Translations under genes and position numbers: made by a program
Shown: in pieces, positions 40,775-50,120 of the stretch
Layout: the number at the start of each line of letters is the position of its first letter
Numbering within the stretch: the stretch's first letter is position 1
Origin: an uncultured Alphaproteobacteria bacterium
GTDB lineage: Bacteria; Pseudomonadota; Alphaproteobacteria; CAAHEQ01; UBA3637
DNA length: 61,494 nt
Reading direction: 5' to 3'
Assembly (NCBI GenBank): GCA_949286465.1
Contig: CASECI010000011.1
Coordinates: 1-61,494 of the forward strand
The notes under the pieces: model-generated
What the model was told of the DNA's origin: nothing
Database searches by the model: none
The model's input: only the letters and a program-made list of their open reading frames with translations

Positions 40775-41523
40775 CTTCTCGAATTTTCTTTGAGTGACAT
40801 CACTTTAACAAGCGAAAAGGGATCATAATGATGACCTATGCTTACAATACGTAACTTAATAGCTAATTTCTTATATCCATTAGCCAAAGCAAAATCTGCA
40901 GCTGTTTTTCCTTGAGACATAAGATTTGGCTTAGCATTATATCCAAGTAAAATACGAACGATATTCTCATGTCCTTGGTGCGCAGCGATCATTAATGGAG
41001 ATAAGCCAGCCGTATTTGTTTTATTGACTAAAGAAGCATCTCTTTTTAGGATTTCCTCGACAGCGTACATATTTCCTTTTAAACAAGCAAATAACAAAGG
41101 ATGATCTCCTTCGATATTTGGTTGATTGATTTTTGCAAAAGGAATAAGAGCCTGAACCATCTCTTGATTATTAGCGCAAATTGCCGCCTCTAATGGAGAA
41201 AAGGTTCCATTAGCACGATTGTCGGGATTAGCTCCTAACTTCATCAAAAGAAACGCCATACTATTATACTTTCTAAAAATAGCTTCAACTAAAGGAGTTT
41301 CGTTATACATAGCAGGATCAGACTGTTCTAAAAGATTACGATGCTTAAAGATATCAACATAAAAATGAGCTGCTCTTAAATCGTTAGAACAAACAGCTTC
41401 CATCAAAGGAGAACGTAAAGTTGATTTTCGTACTCCGTACATATCTCCAATTTTTTCATAATCTATACAATAAAGTTCCGGGAAAAAATATTGCTTAATT
41501 GTTTTCTTTACATTTTCACGCAT
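40771..41523 (-). CDS. Ankyrin-repeat protein
   Basis: SPLMEAV, TPLVEAI, SPLEAAI, HPLLFAC, GLSPLMIAAHQGH, GKTAADFA repeats. Confidence 0.88.
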   Translation of the reverse strand: MRENVKKTIKQYFFPELYCIDYEKIGDMYGVRKSTLRSPLMEAVCSNDLRAAHFYVDIFKHRNLLEQSDPAMYNETPLVEAIFRKYNSMAFLLMKLGANPDNRANGTFSPLEAAICANNQEMVQALIPFAKINQPNIEGDHPLLFACLKGNMYAVEEILKRDASLVNKTNTAGLSPLMIAAHQGHENIVRILLGYNAKPNLMSQGKTAADFALANGYKKLAIKLRIVSIGHHYDPFSLVKVMSLKENSRS

Positions 41524-41611
41524 AAGAAATCTCCTCTACATCAGGTCATGGGAGATATTGTAGAACTTTTCATTATTTTGTCAACATTTTTATAAAAATT
41601 TATTTATCTAC

Positions 41612-42304
41612 TTATGATAGAGAAGATATTTTCTTTTTTAATCTTCTTTCTTTTTTACCATGACTGGATAAAAGCTCTGGAACATGAACAAGGACGGCAT
41701 CAAATATGTCTTTTAAATGCCCTACATAAAGGTGATCAGCCTCTGGAACTTCTACATAATTGACTTTTACTCGACGACAAGCATCGAGTCGTTCTGCCAA
41801 AGCTTGAACATCTGCTGGATTAACAACAGTATCAGCCTCTCCTTGTATGATTAAGCCTGACGCCGGACAAGGCGATAAGAAAGAAAAGTCACAAACATTT
41901 GCTGGAGGCGAAACAGCAACAAAGCCATTTACATCTGGCCTACGCATAAGAATTTGAGCCCCAATCCACGCGCCAAAAGAATATCCGGCAACCCAACAAT
42001 TAATTGAATCCGGATTCATTCTTTTCAGCCAATCTAGAGCTGCCAATGTATCTGCCATCTCATTATTAGGATCCCCATCAAAAATGCCTTGAGATTTACC
42101 GACCCCTCGAAAATTGAAGCGTAGAACAGAAAACCCTAATTTTGCGAAGGCCTGATAAAGAGTATAAACAACTTTATTATTCATTGTTCCACCTAATTGT
42201 GGATTAGGATGTAATATTAACGCTATCGGAGCCCCAGGATTAGGAGAAGGAAAATATCGCGCTTCTATACGTCCTGCTGGCCCATTAAAAAATAATTCAG
42301 TCAT
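41612..42304 (-). CDS. Alpha/beta hydrolase (alphaproteobacterial conserved type)
   Basis: GPAGRIE, HPNPQLGGTMNNKVV, RFNFRGVG, GYSFG, ADH. Confidence 0.9.
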   Translation of the reverse strand: MTELFFNGPAGRIEARYFPSPNPGAPIALILHPNPQLGGTMNNKVVYTLYQAFAKLGFSVLRFNFRGVGKSQGIFDGDPNNEMADTLAALDWLKRMNPDSINCWVAGYSFGAWIGAQILMRRPDVNGFVAVSPPANVCDFSFLSPCPASGLIIQGEADTVVNPADVQALAERLDACRRVKVNYVEVPEADHLYVGHLKDIFDAVLVHVPELLSSHGKKERRLKKKISSLS

Positions 42305-42484
42305 TTTTTTTCCTTTACTATATATCATTTATAATAACACAAAGATATGTTCAAAAATCAAGTAAAAATTTTGAGAGACTATTCTTTTCATTCCTATTTT
42401 TAAATATCTCTCTTTCCTTCAGAAGCTTCGTTAAAAAAAATGTTGACACGAGCCAACAAAAAAGATATAAACAGAAATCTAAAT

Positions 42485-42561
42485 GGCGAAGTAGCTCAGG
42501 TGGCTAGAGCAGCGGAATCATAATCCGCGTGTCGGGGGTTCGAATCCCTCCTTCGCTACCA
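42485..42561 (+). tRNA. tRNA-Met (CAT), elongator type
   Basis: GGCGAAG...GCGGA-ATCATAA-TCCGC...GGTTCGAATCC...CTTCGCT-A-CCA; followed by terminator hairpin 42566-42592. Confidence 0.95.
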
Positions 42562-42702
42562 ACGTAAGCCGCTCTTCAAAAGCGGCTTTTTTTGTCTTTC
42601 TGATAGATTTAATGATTTATTAATACTATAGTATGTATTTTAATTAGGTATTTATGCTTTGTATAAGCATCTATTTTTATTAACTCTAAAAAAGGAAAGA
42701 AT

Positions 42703-43017
42703 ATGAAAAAAAATTTGTTGCTCGGAGGGCTTCTTTTAGCTACCGTCGGTTTAGGAGGTTGTGCAGCAGTTCCATCTTCTCTCGGTTTTGCTTTAGTAAA
42801 TGCATCCAATGAACCAATAGCAGTTACAGATGTTATCCCCAGAAAAGTTGGTCAAGCTTGTGGTTTTAACTTATTAGGAATTGTTGCCTTAGGGGACATC
42901 TCAACAGAAGCAGCTAAAAGAGATGGCGGAATTTACCGTGTTGCAACTGTCGACAAAGAAGTCTTTTCCGTTCTAGGAATGGTTTCTCGAGTTTGTACAA
43001 CAGTTACCGGTGAATAA
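42703..43017 (+). CDS. TRL-like family lipoprotein
   Basis: Lipobox LGGC; KVGQAC..LLGIVALGD.S...A...GGI..VATVD...CTTVTG. Confidence 0.8.
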   Translation: MKKNLLLGGLLLATVGLGGCAAVPSSLGFALVNASNEPIAVTDVIPRKVGQACGFNLLGIVALGDISTEAAKRDGGIYRVATVDKEVFSVLGMVSRVCTTVTGE

Positions 43018-43029
43018 CTTTTACTTTAG

Positions 43030-43057
43030 AAAAGCCTCCTAAAGGAGGCTTTTTTTT
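43030..43057. terminator. Bidirectional terminator
   Basis: AAAAGCCTCCT-aa-AGGAGGCTTTT. Confidence 0.85.
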
Positions 43058-43698
43058 TAAAAATCATTTTTATTTTGAAGTGAATTATATCTTTTGTGAA
43101 TGCACTCTATTGCTGTTTTATGGACGCCTCTTGTAATCTCGTAAATTTGAAAACGCCCCTCTCGATGACACACAACGAAGCCATCATCACGTAACCTTTT
43201 CAAACTTTGAGATACTTTCATTGAAGTACTATCTACCCCTTTTACAAGTTCACTAACAGAACTTGCTCCATACAATGTTAAATATTCTAAAAGCCGCATT
43301 TTTTCATAATTGACAAATAATTTCATTTGATTGGCAACCATCTTCGTATAATCGGACGGTAAAAGTGTTTTATTTCCTTCTTGTAAAAAATAAAAGCTAT
43401 CTGTCATATAACCATATAATCGACGAATACAAACAAAAATACTTGCAGGATATTCTTCCTGTAAATCATAATAGATAAAAATACCCTTACGACGCGTTCT
43501 GACTAAATTTGCATCGCGGAATTTACGAAGACTTTGTGAAACAATAACTTGTTCTTCTCGGACAGCTTTTGTAATTTCTGAAACAGATGACGGTCCATTA
43601 ACATCAATATATTCTAGTATACGTAATCGAAGTGGATGAGCAATATAACTTAATCCTTTTACAGCTTTTTTCATAACAGAAATTGGCAATTGTTCCAT
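43057..43698 (-). CDS. Tandem two-domain ArsR/SmtB-family regulator
   Basis: Two wHTH units: HPLRLRIL..SVSEI..VSQSL..RRKG and EKMRLL..SVSEL..VSQSL..REG. Confidence 0.85.
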   Translation of the reverse strand: MEQLPISVMKKAVKGLSYIAHPLRLRILEYIDVNGPSSVSEITKAVREEQVIVSQSLRKFRDANLVRTRRKGIFIYYDLQEEYPASIFVCIRRLYGYMTDSFYFLQEGNKTLLPSDYTKMVANQMKLFVNYEKMRLLEYLTLYGASSVSELVKGVDSTSMKVSQSLKRLRDDGFVVCHREGRFQIYEITRGVHKTAIECIHKRYNSLQNKNDF

Positions 43699-43748
43699 CA
43701 GCACTCCTTTTCATATCACTATAAAGCATTTGTTATTTTTTTCAATTT

Positions 43749-43779
43749 AAAAAGTGCCTCAAATAAATGAGGCACTTTT
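43749..43779. terminator. Terminator-like hairpin between glutaredoxin-like gene and ArsR gene
   Basis: AAAAGTGCCTCA-aataaa-TGAGGCACTTTT. Confidence 0.75.
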
Positions 43780-43783
43780 CTTC

Positions 43784-44137
43784 CTATTTCAAAAATGGCT
43801 CTATATAGGAATCAAATTGCTGCTCATACATGGGGCCCCATCCCATAAGGTAATTATCCCCTAAGCAAAAAAGAGGAGTCCCTATCATTTGACCAAGCTT
43901 AAACTTTTCTGCACAAGCTAAAAATAGCCTTTCTCCTTCTGGCGTTGCAACATCTAATCTTGTCAGTTCGACATCAGGATATTTCTGAGAGATGTATGCT
44001 TCTGCATGATGGCAGTGAGGACAGGTTTTTGCGTAAAAAAAGTAAGCCCTATCAGAGGATAATCCATCTTCTTTTTTCCCCTCACACCCACAAAGAGAAA
44101 AGAATGCAATAAAAAATAAAGAAAATATTCTTTTCAT
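43784..44137 (-). CDS. Glutaredoxin/thioredoxin-fold lipoprotein
   Basis: Signal with LCGC; CPHC active site; GTP cis-Pro loop. Confidence 0.8.
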   Translation of the reverse strand: MKRIFSLFFIAFFSLCGCEGKKEDGLSSDRAYFFYAKTCPHCHHAEAYISQKYPDVELTRLDVATPEGERLFLACAEKFKLGQMIGTPLFCLGDNYLMGWGPMYEQQFDSYIEPFLK

Positions 44138-44144
44138 ATTTCAC

Positions 44145-44708
44145 CTACTCAATACAACAATTAACAGCCTTATGCACAAATGATTTCATTCGACTCATCA
44201 AGCCCTTTTCCTTTTCTTCATTTTGAGAAGAAGTTATTATTTGTTTCTGTTCTTCTTTTTCTGATTTTCCTTCTATCATCTTAACGTCTTTTACATCAAC
44301 TAAATTCATATTTAATCCCCAAAAAAGACAGTACAAATCATAGGCTCGATTAAACAAATGATAAGCCTCTTCCTTTCGTCCTAAACTTTGTTGTTTCGTA
44401 CCTACTTCAATTAACCTCATAGAGCTAGCAAGTAAATGCTTTGATATACACCAAACTTCCCCTTCATAAGAAGGAATAACTTTTTGCATCAAATTTTTTC
44501 TAAGCTCTCGAATATCTTGAATCATATCATAAAAGTGTGTTTTTCCTGTCTTTGCTCCTGAAAAAACCAAATGTTCTTCTATCGATATTAAGTTCATCAG
44601 TGCTATTGTTAAATCTTGATCTGAAGATAAATCTTTCGGATTTAATTTCTTCGCTGAATCGATTTTTTCAATAAAATCTTTTATGTTTTCTATCTTTTTC
44701 ATAATCAT
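44145..44708 (-). CDS. Conserved hypothetical helical protein ending in CCIE
   Basis: DLTIALMNLISIEEH, WCISKHLL, C-terminal NCCIE; GGAG SD. Confidence 0.75.
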   Translation of the reverse strand: MIMKKIENIKDFIEKIDSAKKLNPKDLSSDQDLTIALMNLISIEEHLVFSGAKTGKTHFYDMIQDIRELRKNLMQKVIPSYEGEVWCISKHLLASSMRLIEVGTKQQSLGRKEEAYHLFNRAYDLYCLFWGLNMNLVDVKDVKMIEGKSEKEEQKQIITSSQNEEKEKGLMSRMKSFVHKAVNCCIE

Positions 44709-44724
44709 CTCCAATATATTACAA

Positions 44725-44742
44725 TAACAATATGTATTGTTA
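44725..44742. promoter_or_regulatory. 8-2-8 inverted repeat (putative operator)
   Basis: TAACAATA-tg-TATTGTTA between a - strand TTGACA and the start codon. Confidence 0.45.
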
Positions 44743-44838
44743 ATACTACATATTATTACTGTCAATAGTTTTTTTATTTTATGTCACAAAAAAAAGCCCC
44801 TATTAAAGGAGCTCTTTTTTAAAAAACAACCTTATTTT

Positions 44839-45567
44839 TTACTCCAACCAATAAGTAATTGTAGAAACGACACGGACCTTTTTATTAATTTGAGCGCTTT
44901 CCATTGCTCCAGGCGTTTGTTCTCTTGGCAGAATACTAAAGACACCCTGAGATGCTTGTTTTATTTTTCCAACACGCGTTCCGGAACTTTTAGCAAATTC
45001 ATCGGCAGCTTTCTTAGCGTTTTGAGTCGCCTCTTCCAACATTTTGGGTTTAACTGTATTTAATCCCGTAAACAGATATGAAACTGGAGAACCATAACTT
45101 TGCCCATCAAAAACGACACCCTTCTCAACTAAAACACCAACTTGACGCAAAGCCTCTTCTACTTGATCAACATTTGTACTATGAACAGTAACTGTTTGAC
45201 TTAAAATATAACGTGATGAAATATTCTGATCTCTATACGGATTCGTCATTAGGTCATTTGTCTCAACGCGACCTACAGTAATCTCGCCATCTGTGAAACC
45301 ACGTTCTTTCAAGTAGGAATTTATCAAACTTAATTGCTTCGTCATTTGTTGGCCTGCAACTGTAAGATTATTATTTGTTGTATTAAACTTTATATCCCAA
45401 ATTGCTAAGTCTGCCTTTACATCTAATTCTGCAAGACCTTTTACAGAAACAGTATTTGCATTTAATTTTGATTGATAATAAAAATAGCCTGGGAAAAAAC
45501 CACCTAATGTTATTCCCAATGCTAAAATGACTCTTCCCCAGAAAGAATATAAGTAATTGTTCTCCAT
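44839..45567 (-). CDS. SIMPL (DUF541) domain protein
   Basis: VSVKGLAE..VKADLAIW, KPKMLEEATQNA, ASQGVFSI, KKVRVVST. Confidence 0.88.
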   Translation of the reverse strand: MENNYLYSFWGRVILALGITLGGFFPGYFYYQSKLNANTVSVKGLAELDVKADLAIWDIKFNTTNNNLTVAGQQMTKQLSLINSYLKERGFTDGEITVGRVETNDLMTNPYRDQNISSRYILSQTVTVHSTNVDQVEEALRQVGVLVEKGVVFDGQSYGSPVSYLFTGLNTVKPKMLEEATQNAKKAADEFAKSSGTRVGKIKQASQGVFSILPREQTPGAMESAQINKKVRVVSTITYWLE

Positions 45568-45666
45568 TTTTTTCTCCTTTTTTTTCAAGGATATTATAGA
45601 TGAAAATAAAAACAAGTTTTTTTTTAAAATATCTTGACAATTCATAAAAAAAAGCTAAATTAAAAA

Positions 45667-45681
45667 TGATAATTGTTATTA
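45667..45681. promoter_or_regulatory. Fur/Per-type 7-1-7 box
   Basis: TGATAAT-t-GTTATTA (12/14 to TGATAAT-n-ATTATCA) just downstream of TTGACA(45634)-TAAATT promoter. Confidence 0.65.
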
Positions 45682-45695
45682 CTTTTAGATTAAAG

Positions 45696-46079
45696 ATGAA
45701 TTACTCAAAACAGCGCGATTTAATTTTAAACACATTAAGGGAAAATTCCACACACCCTACGGCAGAAAATATTTATACTCTTTTAAAGGAAGCTAACCCT
45801 AAATTGAGTCTAGCAACAGTTTATAGGAATTTAAATCAACTAGCTCAACAGGGAATACTTCGGCAAATTAAAGGATTAGATGATTCTATTCATTTTGATC
45901 ATCAACTCCATCCGCACTATCACTTTTTATGCCAATGCTGTGGGAAAGTCTATGACGTACCTGAAAGTGTAGCCCCTTGTATTGACAAATCTGTCGAAGA
46001 TGTATTAAATGCTACAGTAATACATCATGAGATGAGCTTTATCGGTGTTTGCTCTGATTGTAAAAAACGCCATAATTAA
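45696..46079 (+). CDS. perR: Fur-family regulator, PerR-like
   Basis: [28 protein letters not shown]-terminal CSDC; upstream of rubrerythrin. Confidence 0.8.
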   Translation: MNYSKQRDLILNTLRENSTHPTAENIYTLLKEANPKLSLATVYRNLNQLAQQGILRQIKGLDDSIHFDHQLHPHYHFLCQCCGKVYDVPESVAPCIDKSVEDVLNATVIHHEMSFIGVCSDCKKRHN

Positions 46080-46095
46080 ATTAAAGGAGAATAAA

Positions 46096-46635
46096 ATGGA
46101 ATTAAAAGGTAGTAAGACTGAAAAGAACTTAATGACTGCTTTTGCTGGAGAGTCTCAGGCTCGTAACAAATATACTTACTATGCAAGCAAAGCCCGCAAA
46201 GAAGGCTTTAATCAAATTGCTGACTTATTTGAAATCACAGCGAACAATGAAAAAGAACATGCTAAATTATGGTTTAAAGCACTCCATGGAGGTGATATTG
46301 CCGACACTGCGACAAATTTAGATGATGCTGCACAAGGCGAGCACTATGAATGGACAGATATGTATGCTACTTTTGCAAAAGAAGCAGAAGAAGAGGGTTT
46401 TAAAGAGTTAGCTGCTCAATTTAAGATGGTTGCAGAAATTGAAAAACGCCATGAGGAAAGATACCGTAAACTCTTATCTAATGTAAAGACTGGAGAAGTT
46501 TTTCAAAAGGGAAGTATCGTTATTTGGGAATGCGCCAACTGTGGTCATATTCATGTTGGTGAAAAAGCACCTGAAATTTGCCCTGTTTGCAAACATCCTA
46601 AGGCTTATTTCTTTATTCATACTGATAATTTCTAA
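46096..46635 (+). CDS. rbr: Rubrerythrin
   Basis: [32 protein letters not shown]...CPVCKHP. Confidence 0.96.
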   Translation: MELKGSKTEKNLMTAFAGESQARNKYTYYASKARKEGFNQIADLFEITANNEKEHAKLWFKALHGGDIADTATNLDDAAQGEHYEWTDMYATFAKEAEEEGFKELAAQFKMVAEIEKRHEERYRKLLSNVKTGEVFQKGSIVIWECANCGHIHVGEKAPEICPVCKHPKAYFFIHTDNF

Positions 46636-46638
46636 ATT

Positions 46639-46667
46639 AAAAAGGCTCTTTCAAAGAGCCTTTTTTT
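46639..46667. terminator. Bidirectional terminator
   Basis: AAAAAGGCTCTTT-c-AAAGAGCCTTTTT. Confidence 0.85.
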
Positions 46668-47149
46668 TAATCTCTTTCAAAAATAAAAAATGAGCGATGT
46701 GGTTGTTGTCCAGGCCGATCAACTTGAATAGTCCTTACAGTTACTTCAGGAAGAAGTGTATCTTTATGTTTTACAAAGGCTAGCCTAACTAGCTGACGGG
46801 CAATAGGATGATTTAAGACATTTTTAAAGTAAGACTGCCATCCTTGAGTAATAGGAATACATCCATGCTCGAAAGCTGCTGCCAGATAAAGAGGGCATAA
46901 AGGATTAGCTCGAGATAACATAATAATACTAGATACGGCAGGAAAGAAATCTTGAGGCTTTTCATCTGGAAGTGGAATATTCTCCAGGACTTCTTTTGCC
47001 AGAGGGGTTTCAAAATCAATCAGGAAAAAAGCTCTCGCGACAAAAGGCAACATAGATGGAGTGAGAAGCCAATGCTTATCATCAATTTTATCATCTTTTA
47101 AAGAAGAGCCGATAGCATCAAAAAAGCGTTTTCTATAAATATCTCGCAT
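46667..47149 (-). CDS. Hypothetical protein
   Basis: 160-aa ORF with GAGG SD and own TTGACA-17-TAAAAT promoter. Confidence 0.7.
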   Translation of the reverse strand: MRDIYRKRFFDAIGSSLKDDKIDDKHWLLTPSMLPFVARAFFLIDFETPLAKEVLENIPLPDEKPQDFFPAVSSIIMLSRANPLCPLYLAAAFEHGCIPITQGWQSYFKNVLNHPIARQLVRLAFVKHKDTLLPEVTVRTIQVDRPGQQPHRSFFIFERD

Positions 47150-47193
47150 AAAATAACCTCATAGTCATTGAGGAATATTTTATCCTAGATTTT

Positions 47194-47592
47194 TTATTTT
47201 GTCAATTTTTTTGTTAACATCTCTACAAAAGGGATATCAGCTCCAGCCCATTCATACTGCTCCATTTCTTCAATAGTAACCCAAGCATATTGTTCATGGT
47301 CACAAATATGGATTTCCCCATTTCCATTCCAGGAAGCATGATATAGAGACATATTTAATTGAAATGTTTCATAATCATGTACTTTTTGAGAGATAAAATC
47401 TTGGACATCGATATCAATATCAAACTCTTCTTTAATTTCACGCTTTAGACATTGTTCACACGTTTCACCTGGTTCAATTTTTCCGCCAGGAAATTCCCAA
47501 AACCCACCCAAGCTTTTATCCTTACGGCGTTGAGCAATTAAATATTTTCCATGATAGGATATCAATCCTGCAGCAACTGTAACTATTTTCAT
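47194..47592 (-). CDS. MutT/NudG-like Nudix hydrolase
   Basis: WEFPGGKIEPGETCEQCLKREIKEE Nudix box. Confidence 0.92.
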   Translation of the reverse strand: MKIVTVAAGLISYHGKYLIAQRRKDKSLGGFWEFPGGKIEPGETCEQCLKREIKEEFDIDIDVQDFISQKVHDYETFQLNMSLYHASWNGNGEIHICDHEQYAWVTIEEMEQYEWAGADIPFVEMLTKKLTK

Positions 47593-47701
47593 TTTAAGCT
47601 CCTTTATTTTAAAAGAGTATGTCTCTTTTTGTTTTAGAAGTAAAGTATAAATAAACTTTTGACAAATTATTTATTTTGGTGTAAAAGAATGGCTATTAGC
47701 A

Positions 47702-47778
47702 GGTCCCGTAGCTCAGCTGGATAGAGCAACAGCCTTCTAAGCTGTGGGTCGCACGTTCGAATCGCGCCGGGATCGCCA
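47702..47778 (+). tRNA. tRNA-Arg (TCT)
   Basis: GGTCCCG...ACAGC-CTTCTAA-GCTGT...GTTCGAATC...CGGGATC-G-CCA. Confidence 0.95.
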
Positions 47779-47793
47779 ATAAAGAACCGTTCT

Positions 47794-49170
47794 TTACAGA
47801 ACGGTTTTTTTATTCTCACTTGTATGTTTATTTAATTTATGTAAATCTCTAACGAAATAAATTGATAATAAGACGGAAATCGCTGTTGTAACTAAGTCAG
47901 CAATTGGTTGGGCATAGATATATCCTTTGAAAGTAAAATAATGATTAAGGATTAACAACAAAGGGATGAAGAAAAACAATTGCCGCCCCAAAACTAAGAA
48001 CATCGCAACTATTGCTCGACCAGTTGCTTGAAAGGTCATCGTAATCGTAAACTGGATACCTAGAAAGGGAATCGCCCACAGGAAGGCATGAAGCATCAAC
48101 TGGCCTATTTGGATAACTTCTGGATTATCTATAAACAAAGACATTGCCTGATAGCTGAAGAAATACAATAAAACGGTTGCAACAATCGCTAAGCAAGACC
48201 CATAAAGCATAGTAATTTTAAAAGAAGAGATCAAACGTTTAAAGTTTTTAGCTCCGAAATTATATCCTGCGAAGGGTTGATATCCTTGAGCCAACCCCAT
48301 AATTAAGAAAAAGATAACACTCATAAGTCTCATTTGAATACCATTTGCAGCAATGACATTTTCTCCATAAACACTTCCAATATTATTTGTCAGTATATTC
48401 GAAAAGCCCATAATAAGAGCACTTAAAGAAGAAGGAATACCTATTGCCAAAACGTTATAAATCATTTCTTTATCAGGCTTAAAATAACGAAAATTTAACG
48501 ATAAAAACGATTTTTCACGGATAAAATAAAAAAGGTAATACACAACACCTATCATATTTCCAATTAAAGTGGCTATTGCAGCACCTTTTATCCCCATACC
48601 CATTCTAAAGATGAATAAATAATCCATAATAATATTTGCTCCTGTCCCCAACAAGATGCCTATCATCGCATGTTTTGTTGCTCCTTCGGATCGAATAAGC
48701 CCTGATAGGGTTACTTGTAAAATAGGGATAAAGCTCATAGACGACATAACGATTAAGTATTCTTTTGTATACTCAAAAGTGCCTTGTGTTGCACCGAACC
48801 AACGAACAATCTTATCTATAAAAAGCCAAAAAGAAATGGTTAAACATATTCCTAAGATAACAGACAAATAAAAACATGTAGAAGAAGCTTTCTTTACTTC
48901 CTTAAAGTCATGCTCTCCCAATTTACGCGACAGATAAGATGCTCCTCCCACAGCAAATATATTGCCAACAGCTTGAAAAACCATAACGATTGGCATTGCA
49001 AAAGTAATAGCGGCCACCATATCTGCGTTTCCTGTTCTGGCGATAAAAAAAGTATCTGTAAGGCCATAGATAATTTGAACGAGCATAGCTAACATTGATG
49101 GAAAAGCTAAAAGTAAGATAGCCTTAGGAACAGGATAATTTTCCATAATTTCAATTTTATTTGTATGCAT
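47794..49170 (-). CDS. MATE family efflux transporter (MepA-like)
   Basis: About 12 TMs; TDTFFI, IRSEG, NIIMD..FIF..GMGIKGAAIAT, QPFAGYNFGA. Confidence 0.93.
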   Translation of the reverse strand: MHTNKIEIMENYPVPKAILLLAFPSMLAMLVQIIYGLTDTFFIARTGNADMVAAITFAMPIVMVFQAVGNIFAVGGASYLSRKLGEHDFKEVKKASSTCFYLSVILGICLTISFWLFIDKIVRWFGATQGTFEYTKEYLIVMSSMSFIPILQVTLSGLIRSEGATKHAMIGILLGTGANIIMDYLFIFRMGMGIKGAAIATLIGNMIGVVYYLFYFIREKSFLSLNFRYFKPDKEMIYNVLAIGIPSSLSALIMGFSNILTNNIGSVYGENVIAANGIQMRLMSVIFFLIMGLAQGYQPFAGYNFGAKNFKRLISSFKITMLYGSCLAIVATVLLYFFSYQAMSLFIDNPEVIQIGQLMLHAFLWAIPFLGIQFTITMTFQATGRAIVAMFLVLGRQLFFFIPLLLILNHYFTFKGYIYAQPIADLVTTAISVLLSIYFVRDLHKLNKHTSENKKTVL

Positions 49171-49219
49171 TTTCTCACCTTTAAAGGTACTTTAGAAGAT
49201 GGAAAAAGATTCGTAAAGT

Positions 49220-49963
49220 CTATTTTTGAAAATCTTTCGGCAATTTCAAGCCATCCTGGAATCGAGCCGTTGCATGAGACCCATCACAAAAAGGCTTATT
49301 ACAAGATTTTCCACAACGACATAATGTTTGCCTATTCCTAGTCTCATAAAAGTGCCCTTGAGCATCTTTAACTGGAATATTTCCTTTAACATATAATGGA
49401 CCACTGATATCTAATCGAGGATCTTCTAAAATACCTATGGATTTTTTAAGTTTTAATTCTAAAATTTGCCCCGTTTCATTATTTTTCATTATCAAGCGTC
49501 CAGCAGGACATTGTTGAGCTTCTCTCAATGCTGTCTTCTGAGACTTTTCATCTTCATTCAGAACTAAATTCCAAATTTGTCCAAATGCGTCACAGAATCT
49601 AGCAAAAGCACAATACGCTTCATTATCGAGCAATGTATATTTATGACCTTGATAAGTTTTTGCTTTCTGTTCAATTGGTTCTTTACTTGCAGTTTCAGTT
49701 CCATTAAAGCCACATTTATGACTTCCATCACAAAAAGGCTTTTTCTTCGATTGACCACATCGACATAAAGCAATGGGTTTATCAGAATCTTTATCTTTCT
49801 GATTATATATTTCTCCTTTGATATAGCTCCAAGATTGGCCATATTTATTGGGAGAAATAATTTCTTGTTGAATGAGAGGATTTCCAAAAACTAAATAGGG
49901 ACCATCTTTGTCTACTTCGATATAAATTATTGGTTCATTTTTACAGGTCTGTTTTTTTGTCAT
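49220..49963 (-). CDS. CDGSH iron-sulfur domain protein (two CDGSH domains flanking a divergent 4Fe-4S domain)
   Basis: LCRCGQSKKKPFCDGSH; CAFARFC...CPAGRL; LCRCGKSCNKPFCDGSH. Confidence 0.9.
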   Translation of the reverse strand: MTKKQTCKNEPIIYIEVDKDGPYLVFGNPLIQQEIISPNKYGQSWSYIKGEIYNQKDKDSDKPIALCRCGQSKKKPFCDGSHKCGFNGTETASKEPIEQKAKTYQGHKYTLLDNEAYCAFARFCDAFGQIWNLVLNEDEKSQKTALREAQQCPAGRLIMKNNETGQILELKLKKSIGILEDPRLDISGPLYVKGNIPVKDAQGHFYETRNRQTLCRCGKSCNKPFCDGSHATARFQDGLKLPKDFQK

Positions 49964-50120
49964 TTTCTTTCCTCCTCCTTTTAAATAGATTTTTTTTGCA
50001 AAAAATCAAATGCTGTATTCAAAAAGCCAAAAAAAGATTGAAAAAAATACAAAAAGTGATACAAAAGTAAAGTCGTGCAAAGGATGCACAAACCGCAATT
50101 TTTAGTTAAAGGAGTTTATT

